From contig JBIOTN010000120.1 in the NCBI GenBank assembly GCA_044866005.1, forward strand, positions 1 to 19,408: DNA of 19,408 bases, in the 5' to 3' direction. A model generated the notes under the pieces. It did no database searches and was not told the DNA's origin. It saw only the letters and a program-made list of their open reading frames with translations. Below, piece by piece: positions 8,585-15,486 of the stretch (its first letter is position 1; each line of letters starts with the position of its first letter). The stretch comes from Candidatus Rokuibacteriota bacterium. Its GTDB lineage: Bacteria; Methylomirabilota; Methylomirabilia; Rokubacteriales; DASRDR01. The translations under genes and the position numbers were made by a program.

Positions 8585-8613
8585 CCCCGCGTGGTCCTCC
8601 CCGATCGCCCCGG

Positions 8614-9333
8614 CTACCGGCCCGCGACCTTCGCCTGCCACATCGTCCAGGCGCGCCGGTAGTCCCGGAGGGCCGCGGACGCGGCCGCCGCCTCGCCGGG
8701 CTCCAGGTAGTTCACGCGTCCGCCCGGGCCCGCGATGGCCATCGCCTGCACCTGGAGCCTGGCGTTCAGCTCGAGGTAGATCGAGCGCGCCACCGCGAGC
8801 GGCAGACTGCTCCCCACAACCACCGCCCCGTGCCCCCGCATCAGCGCCGCGGGCTTGGCGCCGAGGGTCCGCGCGAGCGCCTGCCCCAGGGGCCGGTCGC
8901 GGATGAGCATGTCCGTCGCCGGGCCTCCCGCATCGCGGATCTCGAACACCGGCACGCCTTCCCCCACGAAGGCGCACATGTGGTAGAGCGGCCGGAGGGG
9001 GACCGCGGTCACGCCGAAGGGGATCACGGAGGGCGAGTGGTTGTGGACCACGGCCTGGACGTCGGGCCGGGCCCGGTAGATCTCGCCGTGGATGAAGCGC
9101 TCGAGGTACATGTCGCGCCCGCGCGGGTCCACGGGGTTGCTGTCCAGGTCGTATTCCATGACGTCGTGGGCGGTGACCGTCTCCGGGGCGATGCCGCGCG
9201 CCAGGAGGTACCGGTCCGGGCGCCCGGGCGCGCGGACGCTCACGTGGCCGTAGCCGTCCACGACCCCCTGCTCCGCGAGGATCCGGTTGGCCGCGACGAG
9301 CTCCTCCGTCAGCCGAGCCGCGTCATCCGACAT
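8614..9333 (-). CDS. Class II aldolase/adducin-fold metalloenzyme, likely aromatic or ring-fission-product decarboxylase (HMPD 4-decarboxylase / HCOMODA decarboxylase-like)
   Basis: ANRILAEQGVVDGYGHVSVR, YLERFIHGEIY, VHNHS, LRPLYHM, LMRGHG: Glu plus three His metal ligands and an extra His. Start ATG 9333. Confidence 0.88.
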   Translation of the reverse strand: MSDDAARLTEELVAANRILAEQGVVDGYGHVSVRAPGRPDRYLLARGIAPETVTAHDVMEYDLDSNPVDPRGRDMYLERFIHGEIYRARPDVQAVVHNHSPSVIPFGVTAVPLRPLYHMCAFVGEGVPVFEIRDAGGPATDMLIRDRPLGQALARTLGAKPAALMRGHGAVVVGSSLPLAVARSIYLELNARLQVQAMAIAGPGGRVNYLEPGEAAAASAALRDYRRAWTMWQAKVAGR

Positions 9334-9352
9334 CGCTCTTCTCACTCTCCCC

Positions 9353-9404
9353 CTGGTGGAGTGATGTGCCACCAGTTACTAGCCGGAGACTCGCCCGAAG
9401 TCAA
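9353..9404 (-). promoter_or_regulatory. Candidate internal promoter with operator-like inverted repeat upstream of the aldolase-fold gene
   Basis: Minus strand TTGACT (9404-9399), 17 nt, TAGTAA (9381-9376), followed directly by CTGGTGG-N9-CCACCAG (9353-9375). The -10 lacks the usual final T. Confidence 0.5.
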
Positions 9405-9453
9405 ATCGAGGGCCGGGACGGGGCGCGGCCGGCGGGGAGCGCCGGTGCGTCGC

Positions 9454-10284
9454 TCAGCCGCCCGCGCGCTCGGAGAGCTTCCACCGGGCCAGTCGCGCCT
9501 CGACCGCCTCGACCGCTCGCGTGAGCCCCACCCCGCCGACGGCCAGCAGGATGATCGGGACGAAGAGCCGATCCGTGTCGTAGGCGTTGCCGCTCGCCAC
9601 GATGAGCTGGCCGAGCCCGCTCATGGCGGTGAAGAACTCCCCGGCGATCACGCCCACGATCGCGCGACCGACGGCGAGTCGCACGCCGGTCGCGACGAAG
9701 GGCAGCGCGGCGGGCCCCAGCACCTTGAAGGTGACCTGCCGCTCGCTGGCGCCGAACGCGCGCGCGACGTCCACGTGCGCGGCGCTGATGTCGCGGACGC
9801 CGATGAACGTGTTGACCAGGACGGGGAACACGGTGAAGGCGAAGACGATGACGATCTTCACCGTCACCCCGAGCCCGAACCAGAGCATGAGGAGCGGCAG
9901 GATCGCCGTGCCCGGGGTGGAGTAGAACGCGTTCACCAGGGGGTCCAGCGCGTACTCGATCGGCCGGTAGCGTCCCATCAGGAAGCCGACCGCCACGCCG
10001 ACGGCGATGCCCAGGCAGAAGCCGGCGGCGAGGGAGGCCAGGCTCGTGAGGGCGGCCGCCGGCAGCTCGCCCGAGACGGACATCTCCCACGCCGCGCGGG
10101 CGATGGCGGTCGGATAGGAGAGGAAGATCCGGTCGACCCGCCGGCCGTACCACTCCCACGCCGCCAGGACGAGCACGAGCGAGCCCACGCGGATGGCGAG
10201 CGCGTGCCCGGTCCACCCGACCCGCGCGCGCGCCGGCCCCCGCGCCGCGCCCGCTACCCCTCCTGCCGCTCGCTCTCTTTCCAC
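9454..10284 (-). CDS. NitT/TauT-family ABC permease, system 1, second permease
   Basis: C-terminal part of track ORF 9454..10959: FLSYPTAI, TPGTAILP, VFPVLVNT, VDVARAFGAS, GVRLAVGRAIVGVIAGEF, GLG. Start uncertain (GTG 10284 or GTG 10188). Confidence 0.9.
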   Translation of the reverse strand: MERERAAGGVAGAARGPARARVGWTGHALAIRVGSLVLVLAAWEWYGRRVDRIFLSYPTAIARAAWEMSVSGELPAAALTSLASLAAGFCLGIAVGVAVGFLMGRYRPIEYALDPLVNAFYSTPGTAILPLLMLWFGLGVTVKIVIVFAFTVFPVLVNTFIGVRDISAAHVDVARAFGASERQVTFKVLGPAALPFVATGVRLAVGRAIVGVIAGEFFTAMSGLGQLIVASGNAYDTDRLFVPIILLAVGGVGLTRAVEAVEARLARWKLSERAGG

Positions 10285-11093
10285 GGGGCGACGCGGCGCT
10301 GGAGCCAGCCGAGCCCTTCCGTGAGCCCGGCGCCCAGGGCCGCCAGCAGGACGATGGGGACGAAGAGGCGGTCGGTGGCGAAGCTGTTGGCGTAGGTCAC
10401 GAGGAGGTAGCCGAGGCCCGACACGGCGGTGAACAGCTCGGCGAGCGTCATGCCGATGATGGCGCGGCCCACCCCGAGCCGGAGCCCGGCGATGACGTAC
10501 GGCACCGTCGCCGGGAGGAGCACCTTGCGGACGAGCTGGGAGGGTCGCGCGCCGTAGGCCTCGGCGGTCTCCGTGAGCTGCGGGCTCACGTTTCGGGCGC
10601 CGCTGTAAGTCGCCAGGATGATCGGGAACACCGCGGTGAGGAACACGATGGCGACCTTGACCGCCAGGCCGAGTCCGAACCAGAGGACGAGTAGCGGGAT
10701 CAGGGCCACGCGCGGCGTCGCGTAGAGCGCGTGGACGTGCCAGTCGAGCGCGTACTCGACCGGCCGGTAGCGGCCCATGAGGAGGCCGAGGGGGATCCCC
10801 ACCGCCACGGCGAGCCCGAACCCGCCCGCGAACGGCCCCAGGCTCTGGAGGGTGTGGCGGGGAAGCTCGCCGGAGGCGAGCATCGGCGGGAAGGCGCGGA
10901 GGATCGCCGTGGGGTAGGAGAGCATGATCGGGTCCACCCCGCGGCCGAGGAGCTCCCACAGGAGCAGGAACGCCGCGAACGAGGCGGTCTTCAGCGCGGC
11001 CGGATGGCGCGCCAGCCTCGTGGCCCGGCTCGGGCGCGGCGCCAGCTCGGCGACGAGCGCCTCGACCGACGCCGGGGGACTCGCCAGGCCCAT
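10254..11093 (-). CDS. NitT/TauT-family ABC permease, system 1, first permease
   Basis: MLSYPTAI, ATPRVALIP, VFPIILAT, TETAEAYGA, GLRLGVGRAIIGMTLAELF, GLGY motifs; visibly paralogous to the adjacent permease. Confidence 0.93.
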   Translation of the reverse strand: MGLASPPASVEALVAELAPRPSRATRLARHPAALKTASFAAFLLLWELLGRGVDPIMLSYPTAILRAFPPMLASGELPRHTLQSLGPFAGGFGLAVAVGIPLGLLMGRYRPVEYALDWHVHALYATPRVALIPLLVLWFGLGLAVKVAIVFLTAVFPIILATYSGARNVSPQLTETAEAYGARPSQLVRKVLLPATVPYVIAGLRLGVGRAIIGMTLAELFTAVSGLGYLLVTYANSFATDRLFVPIVLLAALGAGLTEGLGWLQRRVAPWKESERQEG

Positions 11094-11099
11094 GGCCGC

Positions 11100-11870
11100 T
11101 CAGCCTTGCCGGAGGAGCCCGCGGATCGCGGCGCGCAGCCGCAGGAACTCCGGCGCCGCCTCGGCCTCCGTCGCGGGCCGCGGCCGCGGCAGCGTGACCT
11201 TGATCTCCTCGCGGAGCCGCCCGGGCCGCGGCGAGAAGACCAGGACGCGATCGCCGAGCAGGATGGCCTCGTCCACGTCGTGGGTGACGAAGATCACGGT
11301 CATCCGGAGCGCTCCCCAGATGCGGAGCAGCTCCTCCTGGAGCCCCTCGCGGGTCTGCTCGTCGAGGTGGCCGAACGGCTCGTCGAGCAGGAGGACGCGC
11401 GGCTCCTTGGACAGCGCGCGGGCGAGCGCGGTCCGCTGCTGCATCCCGCCCGAGAGCTGGTGCGGGAAGTGGGCCTCGAAGCCCGCGAGGCCGACCAGCT
11501 CGATGTACCGCTGACAGGTCGCGCGCCGGCTCGCCTTCGGGACGCCCGCCAGCTCGAGCGCCAGCTCGACGTTCCCCGTGACCGTGCGCCAGGGGAAGAG
11601 GCCGTAGTGCTGGAAGACGATCGCCTGGTCGGGCGGGGGACCGGTGACCGGGCGCCCGTCCACGAGCACCTCGCCGCGGTCCGGCGGCACGAGGCCGGCG
11701 AGGATCCGCACCAGCGTCGTCTTGCCGCAGCCGTTCGGCCCCAGCACGCAGAGGAGCTCCCGGTCCTCGACCTGGAAGCTGACGTCCTGGAGCGCCACGA
11801 CGGGCGCCTGGGCGACGCCGCCCTGCGGCCAGAAGACCTTGGAGACGTTCCGGACCTGGAGCCGCCCCAT
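11100..11870 (-). CDS. NitT/TauT-family ABC ATP-binding protein, system 1
   Basis: GPNGCGKTT, VFQH, LSGGMQQR, LLLDEPFGHLD, VTHD, LPRPR motifs. Confidence 0.96.
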   Translation of the reverse strand: MGRLQVRNVSKVFWPQGGVAQAPVVALQDVSFQVEDRELLCVLGPNGCGKTTLVRILAGLVPPDRGEVLVDGRPVTGPPPDQAIVFQHYGLFPWRTVTGNVELALELAGVPKASRRATCQRYIELVGLAGFEAHFPHQLSGGMQQRTALARALSKEPRVLLLDEPFGHLDEQTREGLQEELLRIWGALRMTVIFVTHDVDEAILLGDRVLVFSPRPGRLREEIKVTLPRPRPATEAEAAPEFLRLRAAIRGLLRQG

Positions 11871-11879
11871 GCGTTGGCT

Positions 11880-11900
11880 CCGGAGGGGGCCCCCCTCCGG
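11880..11900. repeat. Perfect GC-rich palindrome/stem-loop between the binding-protein and ATPase genes
   Basis: CCGGAGGGGG-C-CCCCCTCCGG, 10-bp perfect arms around a single central base. Confidence 0.85.
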
Positions 11901-11905
11901 TGAGA

Positions 11906-12889
11906 TCAGCGGCGCCCGAGCTCCTCCAGCGCGCGCTTGAGGAAGCGCGGCTCCATGAACTGGGCCGGCGAGATGGCGGTCTTGAGCGACCCCGACTCCA
12001 TCAGGACGTCCCGGGTGAAGAGGAACGCCTTTTCGTCGAGCCCGCCGTTGACCGTGAAGACCTTCCCCTTCTTCAGGAAGTCGTAGCTCTGGGCCAGGAC
12101 CTCGTCGGTCGCCCCGGGGATGTACTTCCTGGCGATGCGGAGCGTGCCGGCCTTGTCGTCCGCCATGAAGCGGTTGGCGAGCAGGATCGCCTTGATGTAC
12201 CCGGTGAGGACGTCGCCGCGGGTCGCGATCGTCTCCTCGGTGGCGTAGAGGTAGGTGAAGACGTAATCCGGCAGGTCTTCCGGGGCGCTGGCCAGGATCC
12301 GCAAATGCGGGTACTCGAGCGCCCGCACCGCGTAGTCGATGCTGAGCAGGCTCGCGTCCACCTGGCGGGTCGAGAGCGCGCGGAGGCGATCCCCCTGGGA
12401 GCCCAGGCTCACGTACCGGGCGCGGTCCGGGTTGCCGCCGCCCCGCCGGATCAGGAGGCGAGGCAGGTCATAGGCGATGGAGCCGGGCGTGGAGACGGCC
12501 AGCGTCTTCCCCTCGAGCTGGGCGAGCGAGGCGATCTCCCGGCTGGCGACGAGCATGTAGTCGGTCGGCTGGGTCGGGGCCATCAGGGCCCGCGCCCGGG
12601 CCCCCTTGGAGATGGCGACCATCTCGGACGAGCTGGAGTGGCCGAGGTCCGCTTCCCCCGCGAGGACGGCTTTCATGACGAGCGACCCCGTGCGCAGCTC
12701 GAGCAGCTCGACGCCGAGCCCGTGGCGGGCGAAGAAGCCCTCGTCCTTCGCCACGTACGGCGACAGGAGGGAGAGCGCCGGCGGGGTCGGCACGACGGCG
12801 ACGCGAAGCGCCGTCTCCGCACGGGCCAGGCCGGCCCCCGCGAGGAGGAGCCCGAGGAGCGAGAGCAGGGCAGGCCGTCCGTGGCGCAT
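11906..12889 (-). CDS. NitT/TauT (NMT1/THI5-like) ABC substrate-binding protein, system 1
   Basis: AGGAGG SD; signal peptide MRHGRPALLSLLGLLLAGAGLARA; YVAKDEGFFARHGL, LEGKTLAVSTPGS, ALSTRQVDA motifs. Confidence 0.92.
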   Translation of the reverse strand: MRHGRPALLSLLGLLLAGAGLARAETALRVAVVPTPPALSLLSPYVAKDEGFFARHGLGVELLELRTGSLVMKAVLAGEADLGHSSSSEMVAISKGARARALMAPTQPTDYMLVASREIASLAQLEGKTLAVSTPGSIAYDLPRLLIRRGGGNPDRARYVSLGSQGDRLRALSTRQVDASLLSIDYAVRALEYPHLRILASAPEDLPDYVFTYLYATEETIATRGDVLTGYIKAILLANRFMADDKAGTLRIARKYIPGATDEVLAQSYDFLKKGKVFTVNGGLDEKAFLFTRDVLMESGSLKTAISPAQFMEPRFLKRALEELGRR

Positions 12890-12911
12890 CGCCGCCTCCT
12901 GGCAGGAGCGT

Positions 12912-12957
12912 GGATCGGAGTGATCCGAGGCTACGGGAAACGGCCGGAGCGTGTCAA
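12912..12957 (-). promoter_or_regulatory. Candidate sigma70 promoter for ABC system 1
   Basis: Minus strand perfect TTGACA (12957-12952), 18 nt, TAGCCT (12933-12928), then inverted repeat GGATC-N5-GATCC (12912-12926). Confidence 0.6.
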
Positions 12958-13006
12958 CGACGCGGTGCGGACCGCCGTGGCCGGCACGGGCCCGTTGGCG
13001 TGGGAG

Positions 13007-13035
13007 TGGCGAACGTGGGCGGAAGCTCGTAGACT
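13007..13035 (+). promoter_or_regulatory. Candidate promoter for the VOC dioxygenase
   Basis: TGGCGA (13007-13012), 17 nt, TAGACT (13030-13035); GAGGAGG SD before ATG 13069. The -35 match is weak. Confidence 0.4.
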
Positions 13036-13068
13036 CTGACGCGAGACCGCGTCCCGAGGAGGCTAGCC

Positions 13069-13977
13069 ATGCCGGTCCGCGCCCTGCTCCATTACGCGCT
13101 CGAGGTCCCCGACCCGACGGTCGGGGAGACCTTCTACCGGACCTTCGGGCTCGTCGGCGAGCCGGCCCGGGACGACGCGGTGCACCTCCGCCCCGCCCCG
13201 CTGGCGCGCGAGTGCGCCGTGCTCTACGCCGGCCCGAAGAAGCGCCTCCACCACCTCGCGTTCGGCGCCCCCGGGGACGAGTTCGAGGCGGTGCGGGAGT
13301 CGGTCCGCCGCGCGGGCGTCCGGGAGGTGGACCCTCCCCGGGGGGCGCCCGAGGGCGGTCTCTGGATCCGGGACCCGGACGGCCACTACGTGACCGTCCG
13401 CCAGGAGGCCGGCCAGGAGCCGCCGCCCGACCCGCCGCTGGCGGTGAACGCCCCGGGCCGCATCCTCCGCGAGGTGGTGCGCGGCTGCCCGGAGCGGAAG
13501 GTCGAGGCCGCGCCCCGGAAGCTCGGCCACGTCCTCTTCTTCACCCCCCACGTCGGGCGCCAGATCGACTTCTACACCCGCGTCCTCGGTCTCAAGCTCT
13601 CCGACCGGGTGAAGAACGTCATCGCGTTCCTTCGCTGCACGACGGACCACCACAACGTGGCCTTCCTGACGTCGAAAGGGCCGGGGTTCCACCACGCCTC
13701 GTTCCAGCTCGGCTCGATCGACGAGATCGCGCTCGGCGCCGGCCGGATGCGGGACGCCGGCTGGGAGCAGGGCTGGGGGGTCGGCCGGCACGTGATCGGC
13801 TCGAACTACTTCTACTACACGCGCGATCCGTGGGGGAGCTTCGCCGAGTACTACCACGACCTCGACTACATCCCGGAGCAGTGCGCCTGGGTCCCGCGCG
13901 ACTTCCCGGAAGAGGACTCCTTCTACCTCTGGGGACCACCGCCGCCGCCCGAGTTCGTCGAGAACACCGAGCTGTGA
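13069..13977 (+). CDS. VOC-superfamily type I extradiol ring-cleavage dioxygenase (catechol 2,3-dioxygenase/MhqB-like)
   Basis: Two-domain VOC protein. C-domain has RKLGHV, DHHN, GFHHASF, GWGVGRHVIGSNYFYYTRDPWGSFAEY (His-His-Glu facial triad plus second-sphere His/Tyr). N-domain has HYALEVPD...RDPDG. Confidence 0.88.
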   Translation: MPVRALLHYALEVPDPTVGETFYRTFGLVGEPARDDAVHLRPAPLARECAVLYAGPKKRLHHLAFGAPGDEFEAVRESVRRAGVREVDPPRGAPEGGLWIRDPDGHYVTVRQEAGQEPPPDPPLAVNAPGRILREVVRGCPERKVEAAPRKLGHVLFFTPHVGRQIDFYTRVLGLKLSDRVKNVIAFLRCTTDHHNVAFLTSKGPGFHHASFQLGSIDEIALGAGRMRDAGWEQGWGVGRHVIGSNYFYYTRDPWGSFAEYYHDLDYIPEQCAWVPRDFPEEDSFYLWGPPPPPEFVENTEL

Positions 13978-13979
13978 CC

Positions 13980-14003
13980 GGAGGGGCCTCGGCGGCCCTC
14001 TCC
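13980..14003 (+). repeat. Imperfect GC-rich stem-loop directly after the dioxygenase stop codon
   Basis: GGAGGGGCC-TCGGC-GGCCCTCTCC, with no U-tract following. Confidence 0.5.
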
Positions 14004-14061
14004 TGACGTCGCCCTGAGGCTCGCCGCCGCCCCGCTCCCGGGGATGTGAGCCGGCCGTGCC

Positions 14062-15459
14062 GTGACCGCGCCGCATCGGCGTCCCTACCCGGATCGACGC
14101 ACGCTCGGGCTGTGGCTCGTCGTCGCGCTGTTCTCGACCTTCTTCGCCTGGTTCGCGGTGCTGCGCCTGCTCCAGCACTACGCGTTCCGGACTCACGCCT
14201 ACGATCTGTCCCTCTTCGACTACGCCCTCTACTACACGTGGCGGGGGCGCTTCCTCTGGACCCCGTTCGTCCCCGGGCCGAACGTGCTCGCCGATCACTT
14301 CTCGCCCGCCCTCCTGCTCCTGCTCCCGATCTACCTGGTCGACGATGGGCCCCTGGGCCTGCTCGTCGTCCAGGCCTTCCTCGTGGTGGCGTCCGGCATC
14401 CCGCTCTACCTCACCGCGCGAGCGGCGCTGGGGCACCGGGCCCTGGCGGCCGGCCTGACGGTGGCGTACTTCGGGAACCCGTTCCTCATGCGGGGGCTCC
14501 TCTACGATTTCCATCTCGAGATGGCGCTCCCCGCCCTGTTCCTCACCGGGTTGTGGCTCGTCGAGGTCACGCCGCGCCCGGCCGGGGGGGTGGCCGTCCT
14601 GTCGCTCGCCATGCTCGTGAAGGAGGACGTGCCGATCTACGTGGCCGCGGTCGCGCTCTATTTCCTCCTCCAGGGGCGCCGGCGCGTGGGCCTGACCCTC
14701 GGCGTGATCGCGCTCCTGTACGGCGCGGGCGTCGCCCTGGTCGGCTTCCCGGCGCTCTTCCGGGGCGAGCCGCCCTTCGCCCTGTCGGCCTGGAGCGCGT
14801 ACGGGGCGACGGTTCCGGAGATCCTTGGCTACTTCGCGACGCATCCCGGGACGGCGCTGGCGATGTTCTGGTCCAGGTCGCTCCTGCGGCTTCTGGCCAC
14901 CTTCGGCTTGCTCCCGCTGCTCGCGCCGGCGGCCCTCCTTCCCGCCATGCCCGCCCTGTTCATCAGCCTGTCCGGCTCCCCGGGGCAACGAGAGCTCTCG
15001 GCCTACTACGCGGCGCCCCTCCTGCCGTTCCTCGCCTGGGCGAGCGTGCGGGCCCTCCAGCGGATTCGCGGGTGGACGGCGCGCCGGCCGTGGGTCCTTC
15101 CCGGTCTGATCCTGCTCCTGCTGCTCGCCAACCTCGGTTACCTGCGGACCTTCACGCCGACCGAGCGCGACCGTCGCGGCCGCGCCGTCCTGGCCGTCGT
15201 CCCGCGCACGGCCTCCGTGGCGACGCAGGGCCACCTGGTGCCCCACCTGGCGAAACGCGAGCACGTCTACGTCATCGGCTGGAACTGGCGTCGCGAGCCG
15301 GTGGACTACATCGTCCTCGATCGGGAGCGCGGCGCCTGGCCCCTGCCCGGGGGGGCCGTCAAGCGGCTGGCGCGGCGCCTGGAGCACGACCGCGCGTACC
15401 AGGCCGTCCTGGACGACGAGGCCTACGTGCTGTTCCAGCGCGCCCCGACGGCCGAATGA
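14062..15459 (+). CDS. DUF2079-family polytopic membrane protein (probable GT-C fold glycosyltransferase)
   Basis: AYDLSLFD, ADHFSP, LLVVQA, YDFH, LVKED, YYAAPLLP motifs; about 10-12 hydrophobic segments; small soluble C-terminal domain. GTG start. Confidence 0.82.
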   Translation: MTAPHRRPYPDRRTLGLWLVVALFSTFFAWFAVLRLLQHYAFRTHAYDLSLFDYALYYTWRGRFLWTPFVPGPNVLADHFSPALLLLLPIYLVDDGPLGLLVVQAFLVVASGIPLYLTARAALGHRALAAGLTVAYFGNPFLMRGLLYDFHLEMALPALFLTGLWLVEVTPRPAGGVAVLSLAMLVKEDVPIYVAAVALYFLLQGRRRVGLTLGVIALLYGAGVALVGFPALFRGEPPFALSAWSAYGATVPEILGYFATHPGTALAMFWSRSLLRLLATFGLLPLLAPAALLPAMPALFISLSGSPGQRELSAYYAAPLLPFLAWASVRALQRIRGWTARRPWVLPGLILLLLLANLGYLRTFTPTERDRRGRAVLAVVPRTASVATQGHLVPHLAKREHVYVIGWNWRREPVDYIVLDRERGAWPLPGGAVKRLARRLEHDRAYQAVLDDEAYVLFQRAPTAE

Positions 15460-15486
15460 GCGGAACGCCGGCGGCCGCGCGCCGGG

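Noticed and set aside
11100..11870. ATPase D-loop variant FGHLD and Walker A GPNGCGKT as an inactive ATPase
   Set aside because: All catalytic residues (Lys, Gln, LSGG, Asp-Glu, Asp, His) are intact; the changes are at variable positions.
952..12889. Assigning the importers as taurine, sulfonate or nitrate transporters (tauABC/ssuABC)
   Set aside because: Only family-level motifs are visible and no tauD/ssuD/nitrate genes are adjacent, so substrate-specific gene symbols are unsupported.
155..13039. Many long plus-strand ORFs (e.g. 155..1057, 1827..3581, 4269..5372, 6735..7964, 8830..10395, 11900..13039)
   Set aside because: Antisense shadows of motif-bearing minus-strand genes. They are Arg/Gly/Pro-rich or mirror-frame translations with no domain motifs, as expected at this GC content.
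13980..14003. Rho-independent terminator after the dioxygenase
   Set aside because: The stem is imperfect and has no downstream U-tract; kept only as a stem-loop/repeat.
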